Positions 19,336 through 29,735 of a stretch of DNA of 64,000 nt are shown here, in pieces (position 1 is the stretch's first letter; every line of letters starts with the position of its first letter). A program made the translations under genes and the position numbers. The stretch comes from Gemmatimonadota bacterium (GTDB taxonomy: Bacteria; Gemmatimonadota; Gemmatimonadetes; Palauibacterales; Palauibacteraceae), in the NCBI GenBank assembly GCA_039588275.1, contig JBDHAC010000013.1, positions 1 through 64,000 on the forward strand. The letters run 5' to 3'. Under the pieces are notes generated by a model. That model was not told the origin of the DNA and searched no databases. It saw only the letters and a list, made by a program, of their open reading frames with translations.

Positions 19336-20925
19336 TCAGGTCAGGTATCGGTATCCGGGCAAGGTCAGGAAGGGGGTGAACTCGCGTGCCAGCACGAGCG
19401 AGTCCAACAGCCCGGCGGCCCGATCGAGCTGCAGGTTCTCTCCCCCCTCACCCCGCAGCCGCTCGAGCTCGGCCTCCCGAATCTCCCGATAGAGCTCATC
19501 GGTCATGACCCGGCCATCGTCGAGAGCCACGCCGTGCTGTCGCCACTGCCACAACTGAGCGCGAGAAATCTCCGCCGTGGCAGTGTCCTCCATCAGATTG
19601 TAGATGGCGACGGCCCCCGAGCCGGCCAGCCACGCCGCCAGATACTGAAGGGCGACGCTGATGTTCTGACGTACGCCGTCATGTGTGACGCGACCCTCCG
19701 GGACCCGCAGATCGGTCAGCGCGCCGGTGGCCGCCTCGACGTCCTCGCGCAGGCGGTGCTTCTGGTGGGGGCGCTGGCCCAGGACCTCGTGAAACGCCTC
19801 GCGGGCGACCGGGACCAGGTCGGGGTGAGCCACCCAGGTGCCGTCGAAGCCGTCTCGGCTCTCGCGGACCTTGTCGGCACGAACCGCGGCGAGGGCGCGT
19901 TCATTGACCTCCGGATCTCGTCGACTCGGAATGAAGGCCGCCATGCCGCCAATCGCGTGCGCCCCACGCTTGTGGCTCGCGCGCACGAGGAGCTCGGTGT
20001 ATGCGCGCATGAACGGCACGGTCATCGTCACCTGCGCGCGGTCGGGGAGGATGTGGCCCTGCGCGCGGCGGAATTTCTTGATCACGCTGAAGATGTAGTC
20101 CCAGCGTCCCGCGTTGAGCCCTGCGCTGTGCTCGCGGAGCTCGTAGAGGATTTCCTCCATCTCGAATGCGGCGAGGACGTTCTCTATCAACACGGTCGCG
20201 CGAATCGTGCCCTGCGGGATGCCGAGCGCGTCCTGGGCGAAGACGAACACGTCGTTCCACAGACGCGCTTCGCGGTGGTTTTCGAGCTTCGGGAGGTAGA
20301 AGTACGGCCCCGTTCCGCGGGCGAGCAGCTCCTTGGCGTTGTGGTACATGTACAGGCCGAAATCCAACAAGCTCGCCGATACGCGCTCGCCGTCGATCTC
20401 GACGTGCTTCTCGGACAGGTGCCAGCCACGGGGACGCACGACTAGCGTCGCTACGCGGTCGTTGAGGCGGTATTCGGCCCCGTTCGGCGCGTGAAACTCG
20501 ATCGTGCGCCGAACAGCGTCCTGGAGGTTCACGTGCCCATCGATCACGTTCGGCCACGTGGGGCTGAGCGAGTCCTCGAAGTCGGCCATGAAGACATCCG
20601 CACCCGAGTTGAGCGCGTTGATCATCATCTTGCGCTCGACCGGCCCGGTGATCTCGACCCAGCGTCGATCCAGATCGGCGGGCGCCGGTGCGATCTTCCA
20701 GTCCGCTTCGCGTACCACGGTCGTTTCGACGAGTAGGTGTGGGAGAGCACCGGAGTCGAGCGCGATCTGACGCCGACCTCGTTGCGCCAATAGCTCGCGG
20801 CGTCTGCCCTCGAACTCCCGATGCAGTCGCACGACGAACCCCAGCGCTTCTCGTGTCAGCACTCGATCGCTGTTAGCGGTGCGCGCGATGCGCACTTTCG
20901 GTCTCGAGACCGTGGTCCAGGTCAC
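19336..20925 (-). CDS. aceB: Malate synthase A
   Basis: [62 protein letters not shown]. Likely GTG start at 20925 after an AGAAGGGA RBS (529 aa). Confidence 0.97.
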   Translation of the reverse strand: MTWTTVSRPKVRIARTANSDRVLTREALGFVVRLHREFEGRRRELLAQRGRRQIALDSGALPHLLVETTVVREADWKIAPAPADLDRRWVEITGPVERKMMINALNSGADVFMADFEDSLSPTWPNVIDGHVNLQDAVRRTIEFHAPNGAEYRLNDRVATLVVRPRGWHLSEKHVEIDGERVSASLLDFGLYMYHNAKELLARGTGPYFYLPKLENHREARLWNDVFVFAQDALGIPQGTIRATVLIENVLAAFEMEEILYELREHSAGLNAGRWDYIFSVIKKFRRAQGHILPDRAQVTMTVPFMRAYTELLVRASHKRGAHAIGGMAAFIPSRRDPEVNERALAAVRADKVRESRDGFDGTWVAHPDLVPVAREAFHEVLGQRPHQKHRLREDVEAATGALTDLRVPEGRVTHDGVRQNISVALQYLAAWLAGSGAVAIYNLMEDTATAEISRAQLWQWRQHGVALDDGRVMTDELYREIREAELERLRGEGGENLQLDRAAGLLDSLVLAREFTPFLTLPGYRYLT

Positions 20926-21029
20926 GTTCGGTTCCCTTCTATAGACGCAGTTGAGCCGGTTGCCACGCTTCAGGGCCGGGGGGGTGAGCCACCCACGCCC
21001 GGCCCGATCGTTCAGGTGAGGCTGGATAT

Positions 21030-21043
21030 GCAACCGGCGTTCC
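21030..21043 (-). promoter_or_regulatory. Candidate sigma54 promoter of aceB-aceA
   Basis: Minus strand CGGAACG-CCGG-TTGCA = GG-N10-GC, about 105 bp upstream of the GTG. Confidence 0.5.
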
Positions 21044-21226
21044 GCGCTATGCCCCGCACCAGACGCAAACGATTGTCAGGTAGACACTTGAGGTCTGCCA
21101 CGGGACCCACTAGAAGGGACCGGAGGCCGGGCACGGCCGGGGTGAGTGTTGCGGCGGTGCATCTTCGGCTGCTGACACCGGCGGGCCGCTGGAGCGCGCC
21201 AGCGGCCCGCCGGAGCTATCGGGACC

Positions 21227-24200
21227 TCACCGAGGAGGGGTGCGCCCTTCGGACAGCGCCCGGTAGTACTCCTCTACAAGAGCCCGATATTCGGGAGGCA
21301 CGTCATCCGAGCCGGACAGGAAGAGCCTCTCCAGCTCGGCGCTCAGGCCTCGGCGCAGGGCGAACTCGAAGTCCTTGAGCCCTCGCAGGATGGCCTCCTG
21401 GAGGCGCTGCATCTCCTCCGGGTCATCATACAGGCGCTGGCTCTCCAACCGGCCCAGATCGCGGACCGCCGCATCGAGCTCCCCTACGTCCACCCCGTCG
21501 CGGCGCAACTCGTCACGCAACCGCTCTGCGTCCTCTCGTCGCCGCCCGAACTCGTTGCGGAACTGTCGGATGTCGCCTGGCGTCAGACGCCCACCGCCGC
21601 CCGGAGCGAAACCGCCGCCGCCGGCCTGGCCCTGACGCTCGTCCTGGCCCTGACCCCGCTGGCCCTCGCCTTGCTGCTGACCCTGACCACCCTGTTGGCC
21701 CTGACCCTGTTGCTCGCCCTCGCCTTGCTGCTGATCCTCCCCGGCAGGACCTTCCATCTGCTGCCGCATGCGCTCCTGCAGCGATTCGAGACCGCGGACG
21801 AGGTCGCGCGTTTCCTCGAGCTGCCGTCCCAGGCGGCGGGGGTCGGACTCGCGGAACGCGTCTCGCGCGTCGGCGACCCGATCGCGCAGCTCCTCCGCAT
21901 CCTGCGTGATCTGGTCCTCGAAGTTCCGAGTATAGTCGCCGGAGCGGGCTCCGATCACGCCTTTCGAGTAGAGGATCTTGTCGCGCAATCGGTTCTGGCG
22001 GGCCGAGTTCGCGGCCTCACCCAGCGCGCGCGAAGCCTCTCGCTGCTCGCTGCGGGATTCGCGGGCCAGCCTGTCGAGGTCCGCCTCGAGTTGGTCCACC
22101 TCCGCCGCAAGCTCGTCCTTCCTGTCGCGCAGCTGTCGGATCGCTTCCGACTCCCCACCATCGGCCACGCTGGATACATCTTCCGCAATGTCGCGCTGTC
22201 GCTCGACAATTCGCTCGGCGCGGCGAAGGGCCTCTTCGACGTCGCCCTCGAGCGCCGCCGTCTGCCGGTCTTCGAGCAGTCTGCGAGCCTGCCGTAGGCG
22301 ATCGAGGGCCGCCGAGCCCTGGCCCTGAGCGCCACCTTGTCGCGCGCTCGCTGCAGATCGACGCATCTGGTCCGCGGCGTCCTGAAGACGTCTGGCGGAT
22401 TCACCCAGCTCGGGGCGTGACTCCTCGCGGGAGAGCCGCTCGAGCTGGCGGGCTAGCTCCTCGGTTTCCTCGATCAGGCGGTTCTGTCCCTGTCCCCCGT
22501 CCGCTGCGCCGGCCTGGGCTCCTGCCCGCTCGTTCAATTGCTGCTGCCGGCGTGCGAGCTCCTCCAGCTTCTGGAGCGCCTCGTCCACCTGCTGGTCGCG
22601 GTCGCGCCTCTCGCCTCTCTGCACGCTCTCGTACTGGTTGCGCAGCCGGTCCATTTCGAGCTCGAACAGGTCGGCCAGATCCTCGGCTTCGGAGCTTCCG
22701 CCCCCACCGCCCCCGCCACCACCCTGCTGGCCCATGGCGACCTGAACGTCTCGGAACGCGGCCTCGGCCCGCTGGAGGTGTTGGAGCGCCCGCTGCTCGG
22801 GCGACAGCGCCTCAGCCGGTTTCCGCTCCCCAAGTCGCTCCTCGGCTTCACGCATCGCCTCGGCGGCTTGCGGGAGCTCCTCGAAGACCTTTTGGAAGGT
22901 CGGATCGGCTGCGACGCCTCTCATCTGCATCTGGTTCACGAGCTCTTCGACCTGCTCCCTGAGTCTTCCCTGAAGGAGCGTCAGCGTGGCCAGATTCTCG
23001 GACTTCTCTGCCTCGTCGAACTGATCCTCGTCCCGCTGCAACCGGAACGTGGCGGCGACGATCTGTCGCTGCTGGCGGGAAAGCTGACCGTCCATCCCGC
23101 CGCCGCCCGCTCCGCCACCTCCACCCTGCTCCGCCTGGCGGAAGGTGCGATCGAACGCGCGGATCTCGAGGAAGTAGATGTCGGAGGTCGCCGTTTGCCG
23201 CACACCGGGGCTCGCCAGATCCGTCGCCGTGGCGTAATAGGAGACGAAATCCCCTGGCTCCAGTGGGAACTCCTCCAGAAAGAAGGTGTGCCCGCGCGAC
23301 AGGTCTTTGGTGCCGCCCTCGCCGGATTCGTGAAGCGCGATGGACTGCTCCTCGCCGCCGTTGATCGAGAAGCGCAGCTGCACCCGGCCGATTCCGAAGT
23401 CGTCCTCGGCCTCGACTTCCACGTATACCTCTTCGATCGGGTTGGCCCGCGTGTCCCGGCCCGGCTCGCGGATGGAGACGGCCGGCGGCTGATCATCCAA
23501 CGGTTCGATCAGGTAGTCGGGCGACGCCACCACGAACCCCCCGTTGGGGCCGCCAAGCTCGACGCGGTAGAACGTCTCGCGCTCGACGGTCAACGTCCCC
23601 GAGAACGTACCGTTGCCGAGCTCGAGCGGAATCGGCTCCTCGCTCCCCTGGATCACGATCTGGCCGGCGTGTGTCGGGATCGTCGGCGTGATGTTCAGCC
23701 GCACCTCCGTGCCACGCAGCACCGCGATATCACCCGCGTCCTCCACCGTCCGCGGGGCGAGCCCCGTGTAGCTGGGGAAGCGGTACTCGAGGTCGATGCG
23801 ATCCACGTACGGAAGGTCCGCGACGTCGATCGTGTAGACCCCGGAACGAACACCCTCCGACTCGACCGAGTAGGTGGTCGGTTCGTTCAGGTCGAACAGG
23901 AGGATCTCGAACCCTTCTCCCGCGTCGCTGGGCACCATCCGGAACCGTTCCCACGTTTCGGACTCGCCCCGCTGTACCGCGATCTCGACCTCATCCGTCT
24001 CGAACCCGCGCGTGAACGCGGTGATCTCCTGATCCGATCCGCGCGGAATGAGGATGTCACCGGGTTGCACGTCGATCGCGTACGGGTTGGCCGCATCCGC
24101 AGTTTTCCACGGGCTGAGAAGGAGGGATCCTGCCGTGCCCTGAAAGCCTGGACCGAAGAGCGCGATCAGGAGAACGGCGGTTGCCACTCCGCCCAACCAG

Positions 24201-24670
24201 GCCGAGGAATGCTTCAGTCCCTCTCGTTCGATCCGTCGCCCCCGCTCGACTCTCCGAGCGCGCTCGACGGCCACCTCGAGCAACCGGCGACGCAGCCCCC
24301 GCGCCTGCGCGGCGTCCGCGCCGACCTCGTCAACAGCGCTCAGGACCGCGCTCTCGAGCGTCGGCTCGTGCTCCTCAAGGTAGAGGGCCACCTGTTGATC
24401 GCTCACGCGGCGGAGGAGCGGCCGGACGATGAACAGGGAGACCAGGACGATCACCCCGACCCAGAGCACGATGCGAAAGGCCGTCACGGCCGGGTCGGCG
24501 AAGCGCAACCGGTCGATCCCGAAGGTCGATAGAAGGAAGATCGCGAATCCCGCCGCTAGAGCGATCGCCGCGCCCCGGAGCAGCAGACGAAACCGCCACC
24601 GCCTTCGCACATCCCGGATGACGTCGCGCAGCTCTTCGCTCGGTTCTCTCCCGGTCCAACGCCTCATCAT
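21227..24670 (-). CDS. DUF4175-like membrane-anchored long coiled-coil protein with Ig-like domains
   Basis: Three N-terminal TMs, DQPPAVSI..PGRD, AEDDFGI, Gln/Gly-rich coiled coil, C-terminal VPPEYRALVEEYYRAL. Confidence 0.8.
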   Translation of the reverse strand: MMRRWTGREPSEELRDVIRDVRRRWRFRLLLRGAAIALAAGFAIFLLSTFGIDRLRFADPAVTAFRIVLWVGVIVLVSLFIVRPLLRRVSDQQVALYLEEHEPTLESAVLSAVDEVGADAAQARGLRRRLLEVAVERARRVERGRRIEREGLKHSSAWLGGVATAVLLIALFGPGFQGTAGSLLLSPWKTADAANPYAIDVQPGDILIPRGSDQEITAFTRGFETDEVEIAVQRGESETWERFRMVPSDAGEGFEILLFDLNEPTTYSVESEGVRSGVYTIDVADLPYVDRIDLEYRFPSYTGLAPRTVEDAGDIAVLRGTEVRLNITPTIPTHAGQIVIQGSEEPIPLELGNGTFSGTLTVERETFYRVELGGPNGGFVVASPDYLIEPLDDQPPAVSIREPGRDTRANPIEEVYVEVEAEDDFGIGRVQLRFSINGGEEQSIALHESGEGGTKDLSRGHTFFLEEFPLEPGDFVSYYATATDLASPGVRQTATSDIYFLEIRAFDRTFRQAEQGGGGGAGGGGMDGQLSRQQRQIVAATFRLQRDEDQFDEAEKSENLATLTLLQGRLREQVEELVNQMQMRGVAADPTFQKVFEELPQAAEAMREAEERLGERKPAEALSPEQRALQHLQRAEAAFRDVQVAMGQQGGGGGGGGGSSEAEDLADLFELEMDRLRNQYESVQRGERRDRDQQVDEALQKLEELARRQQQLNERAGAQAGAADGGQGQNRLIEETEELARQLERLSREESRPELGESARRLQDAADQMRRSAASARQGGAQGQGSAALDRLRQARRLLEDRQTAALEGDVEEALRRAERIVERQRDIAEDVSSVADGGESEAIRQLRDRKDELAAEVDQLEADLDRLARESRSEQREASRALGEAANSARQNRLRDKILYSKGVIGARSGDYTRNFEDQITQDAEELRDRVADARDAFRESDPRRLGRQLEETRDLVRGLESLQERMRQQMEGPAGEDQQQGEGEQQGQGQQGGQGQQQGEGQRGQGQDERQGQAGGGGFAPGGGGRLTPGDIRQFRNEFGRRREDAERLRDELRRDGVDVGELDAAVRDLGRLESQRLYDDPEEMQRLQEAILRGLKDFEFALRRGLSAELERLFLSGSDDVPPEYRALVEEYYRALSEGRTPPR

Positions 24671-24733
24671 TCGCCTCCAGGGCTCGAGCCTACGGGCTCG
24701 ACCACGTTCTTGGAATCAGGTGATCCGCGGGCA

Positions 24734-26830
24734 TCACGTGGCCCGCGCCATCCCGCGCGGCGGCGTGCGCCGACGTGCCCAGCGGTTCGCTAGAATGGTC
24801 TCGATCACGAGCATGAGCGCCGCCGCCAGCAGCAGCGGCCACCACAGCTCTCTTCTGCGCGTCTCCTCGTCCGCCGGCCCTACGACCTCCGCGGTGGCGA
24901 CAGGTCTCGTGCCCGGTCCGCCCGCCACGCTCTCGATCAACCGTTCCGGCGCAAGCGCGGTTAGATCGGATTCCTCCAGCGCCGGGTTCACCGCCACGGT
25001 GGTCTCGGCAAGATCGCTCCCCAGCGGCCGGAGCTCGTAGAACCCGGCTTGCTCGAACTCCAGCCAAACGGGCTCGCTCCCGAGGCTTATCGACCGGCGT
25101 TCGCCGTCGGGTGCGACCAGCACCCACTCACCCGCGCCGGGCGTGCCGGCGCGCGCGAGGCCCCGCTCCACGAGCAGCGTCCCGAGCTCCGCCACCCGTC
25201 CCACGGGGACCGACCGCTCCGGCTGGTGATATGCGGACGCGTGACGGACGAGCCGGTGGACGAACGGCAAGTACACCGGCTGCAACGCCAGGTCGTTCCA
25301 GAAGCGGTCCAGGGTCGAGGTCCAGACCAGCACGCGGCCCTCACCCTCGGACCGCTCCGTCAGCGCGGGCTCGCCATCCTCGTAGCGGGCAAGAACCGAC
25401 GTGCCCTGTGCGGGGTCGACGCGTTGAAACCGGAAGAAGCGGGCGTCCGAGAAGTCCCCGCTTCGCGGAGCGGAAAAGAGCTCGAACACGGCGTGATCGT
25501 AGTCGAGCCACCCGAGCCGACTTCCTCCGCGTCCGGATCGATCCTCGACGCCTCCCACCTGTCCACCCAGCAACCCGCTGACGGCCTGCGGCCAGCGGCC
25601 GGGGGCGGCGCGAGGACCGAGCAGCACGATCAACCCTCCACCGGCCCGTACCCAATCGAGAAGCGCTCGGCCACCCGAGCCTTCGGACACGTCCGCATCG
25701 TTGAGGATCACGACCGCGGCGCTGGAGAGCCACCCGGGATCCAGAGCGGCCGCGCGACGTCGTGTAACGCGCATCACGGGATCGTCACCGATCGCCAGCG
25801 CCCGCTCGAGGAAGAGGCTGCGGTCGCCCCGACCCGCGCTACCTTCGAGGAGCAAGACCTCGATCCCCTCATCGGGCGCCGCGATGAACCGGAGCGCGTC
25901 ATCTCCGGCCAGGTCATCACCCTCGATCCGAACCTCGCCGCGAGTGCTACCCGCGGGGAGCGCGACTCCTTCGAACGAGATGCTCGCCACGCCGCGCGGC
26001 GGGAGGGTCGCCTGACGCGTGCCAATGGTCCTTCCATCCAGCTCGAGGCTGACGTCGAGGGCGGGGACCGAGCCGCTCCCCATGTTGGCGACGCGCGCGA
26101 CGACGCGGACCCGTCCGTTCCTTTCCGGGTGGAAGGCCACGTCCGCGACCGCGACGTTCATCGCGTCCGGATCGGACAGGTCGATGGGCCGGAGGACGAC
26201 ACCCTCGGGCAGCCGGGTTCGACCGCCATCCCCCCAGCCGACTCGCTGGAAATCGGAGATCAGGATCACCTCCCGGGTCGGGCGGTCGGACTCTGCGAGG
26301 ATCCGCCCCGCCAACTGCAGGCCGGGGTCGAACCGTGTCCCGCGCGCTCCTGGGGTCATGTTCCCCAGTGCCGTTCGCACGGCGAGCAGATCCTCGGTGA
26401 GGGCGGTCCGCTCGTGCGCGCGATCCGAGAACGTGATCAGGGCGGCCCGGTCGCCGGGCGCGAATCCGTCGAGAACCTCCGCCGCTTCGGCCACGGCTCG
26501 ATCCCACAGACCGTCGTAGCTCAGGCTGTGCGAGGTGTCCAGCAGCAGCACGACGTCGCGAGCGCTGTCTCCGGTCGCGGCGGCGGGTGCGCCCGCCACG
26601 AACGGACGCGCGAACGCCGACGCGATGAGAATCAGAGCCAGGCAGCGGAGCGCGAACAGGAGCGGGTTGCGGATCCGGCGCCGGTTCGACGTCCGAAACG
26701 GAACCCGCCGCAGGAACATGAGCGATGGGAACGCCGTCACCTTGCTCTGCTGCCGCTGCGTCAGGTGAATCAGGATCGGCACCGCCAGCAGACCGAGCCC
26801 CGCTAAAAAGACGGGAGCGAGAAAGGACAT
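24734..26830 (-). CDS. BatA N-terminal + vWA + GATase-like domain membrane protein
   Basis: MSFLAP..L.GL....PILIHL...FPSLMFL; MIDAS-like LLDTSHS...ISDFQ; C-terminal TM. Confidence 0.88.
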   Translation of the reverse strand: MSFLAPVFLAGLGLLAVPILIHLTQRQQSKVTAFPSLMFLRRVPFRTSNRRRIRNPLLFALRCLALILIASAFARPFVAGAPAAATGDSARDVVLLLDTSHSLSYDGLWDRAVAEAAEVLDGFAPGDRAALITFSDRAHERTALTEDLLAVRTALGNMTPGARGTRFDPGLQLAGRILAESDRPTREVILISDFQRVGWGDGGRTRLPEGVVLRPIDLSDPDAMNVAVADVAFHPERNGRVRVVARVANMGSGSVPALDVSLELDGRTIGTRQATLPPRGVASISFEGVALPAGSTRGEVRIEGDDLAGDDALRFIAAPDEGIEVLLLEGSAGRGDRSLFLERALAIGDDPVMRVTRRRAAALDPGWLSSAAVVILNDADVSEGSGGRALLDWVRAGGGLIVLLGPRAAPGRWPQAVSGLLGGQVGGVEDRSGRGGSRLGWLDYDHAVFELFSAPRSGDFSDARFFRFQRVDPAQGTSVLARYEDGEPALTERSEGEGRVLVWTSTLDRFWNDLALQPVYLPFVHRLVRHASAYHQPERSVPVGRVAELGTLLVERGLARAGTPGAGEWVLVAPDGERRSISLGSEPVWLEFEQAGFYELRPLGSDLAETTVAVNPALEESDLTALAPERLIESVAGGPGTRPVATAEVVGPADEETRRRELWWPLLLAAALMLVIETILANRWARRRTPPRGMARAT

Positions 26831-27753
26831 CAGGACCGGCCCTTCAGTCGCTTCTCGCGCAGCGATAGGTAACGGAAGAGGGCCCCGTCGAGCGGCTTCG
26901 AGGTATCGAACAGCTCGTAGTCGACCCCGTTCTGCGCCATGAGCCGCGCCAGCTCGGACGTGTGGGCTCCCACTTGCTCCAGGTAATCCTCTCCCATCTC
27001 CTCGGGCGTGACCGGGAGACGCTCCCCGGTCTCCAGATCCTCGAATGATCGCGGCGCATCGAACGGAAACCGCAGCTCGGCGTGGTCCAGGACGTGGAAG
27101 GCGATCACGTCGTGCCCCTTGCCTCGGAGCGCCGCTACCGCGTCGAGCACCGTCTTGGGGGGAGCGTAGAAATCGGACACCACCACCACGATCCCGCTCC
27201 GGCGCAGGCTCTCTCCGATCTTGCGGAGCGGTTGCAGGAGCTCACCCGCACGCTCGGGGCGCGCGCGGTCGATGGCAGCCAGGACCAACCGCCGGTTGCG
27301 AACCGAGGGAGCTACGTGGTCGACCAGATCGGCGTCGAAGATCGCCGCCCCGACTCGGTCACGCTGTCCGGCAGAGAGGTAGGCGAGACAGGCGGTAAGG
27401 AAGCGCGCGTAGTCGAGCTTCGTCACTTCGCCCGACCCGTAGTCCATCGAACGTGAGACGTCGAGCGCGAACATGACGTTCGCGTTCGTCTCGGCCTCGT
27501 ACTCCTTCACGTAGAACCGATCGGTCCGCGCGTACACGCGCCAATCGACCTTCCGAATATCGTCGCCCGGCATATAAGGCCGGTGAGCCGCGAAATCCAG
27601 CGACAGCCCGAGGAAGGGGGAGGAGTGCATCCCGCTGATGAAGCCTTCCACCACGGTCTGCGCCACCAGCTCCAGATTGCCGATCCGGGACAGTACCGTC
27701 GGGTCGAGGAAGCGACTCCCGGGGATCGCCCGGGACGAAACGCGAACGCGCAA
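26830..27753 (-). CDS. DUF58 vWA-related protein
   Basis: G.HSS...G.SLDFAAHRPYMPGDDIRKVDWRVYART, ALDVSRSM, VVVSDF. Confidence 0.93.
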   Translation of the reverse strand: MRVRVSSRAIPGSRFLDPTVLSRIGNLELVAQTVVEGFISGMHSSPFLGLSLDFAAHRPYMPGDDIRKVDWRVYARTDRFYVKEYEAETNANVMFALDVSRSMDYGSGEVTKLDYARFLTACLAYLSAGQRDRVGAAIFDADLVDHVAPSVRNRRLVLAAIDRARPERAGELLQPLRKIGESLRRSGIVVVVSDFYAPPKTVLDAVAALRGKGHDVIAFHVLDHAELRFPFDAPRSFEDLETGERLPVTPEEMGEDYLEQVGAHTSELARLMAQNGVDYELFDTSKPLDGALFRYLSLREKRLKGRS

Positions 27754-27756
27754 GGC

Positions 27757-28857
<1,101 letters not shown>

Positions 28858-28868
28858 GCGTGCTCCTC

Positions 28869-29735
28869 TCAGTGTGTCAGGGCGTAGACCACATAGTTGA
28901 CGCCCAGCTTGTAGGCTTCGTTCGAAAGCTCGATCGGGACGAACCCCCGGTCCGACCACTCCCAGTAGTCGCCGATATCGTTGTCCCGATTGATGATGAT
29001 CATCATGCGATCCTCCGGGTCGTTGTTCTCGAAGATCGCGTAGTAGCTGGCGATGACCCCGAAGTTCGGGTGCGGCATTTCGATCTGCTCGATGCGGAAG
29101 AAGGAATCGAACACGGGGTGGGTCTCGTCCAGCTGAATCGCGCGGTGCTCGGGCAACAGCTGCTCGAGAGCCCGCAGGGTGTTGTACCACTCATTCGGTC
29201 CGGCAAAATCGTCGAGGATCAGGAAACCGCCCTTGAGCAGGTACTCACGGAGGTTGGTGGCTTCGGCATCGGACATGATCCAGAAGCCGGGTTCCGACAG
29301 ATACGCGATCGGGTATTTGAACAGTTCAGGGTCGTCCATCGCCAGCACGTTCCCACCCCCCAGGTACGGCCGCATGGAGGTGAGCTCGCTGAGGATCTTC
29401 CCGAAGTTGGTCTCTGCCGTCGGATAGTCGTGTGCCCATGGCGGGTTTCGACGGAAGCCTCGACGGCCCCCGAACGACCCCACCATCAGTCTGACGAAGG
29501 TGAAGTGACCCGAGTACTCCGTATTGAACGCCTGCCAGGGGCTGGGGTCGAACCCGAGGTCCTGTCCCGGTCGGGGCTCCTGCGCGGAGGCGGACGCGGC
29601 GGTCGCCACCACCAGGAGCACCAACAGCGCACCGAGCCGACCGGTGCTCAACTTCGAGGTGTACACTGTGGTCACGGGCGTCTCCGAGTTCCCTTGGCTG
29701 ACCCGCGTGGGACGCCGGTGTTCCGGGCGGCTCAA
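28869..29735 (-). CDS. DUF4159 domain secreted protein
   Basis: WAHDYP.AE.N, YPIAYLSEPG, LREYLLKGGFLILDDF, YKLGVNYVVYALTH. Confidence 0.88.
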   Translation of the reverse strand: MSRPEHRRPTRVSQGNSETPVTTVYTSKLSTGRLGALLVLLVVATAASASAQEPRPGQDLGFDPSPWQAFNTEYSGHFTFVRLMVGSFGGRRGFRRNPPWAHDYPTAETNFGKILSELTSMRPYLGGGNVLAMDDPELFKYPIAYLSEPGFWIMSDAEATNLREYLLKGGFLILDDFAGPNEWYNTLRALEQLLPEHRAIQLDETHPVFDSFFRIEQIEMPHPNFGVIASYYAIFENNDPEDRMMIIINRDNDIGDYWEWSDRGFVPIELSNEAYKLGVNYVVYALTH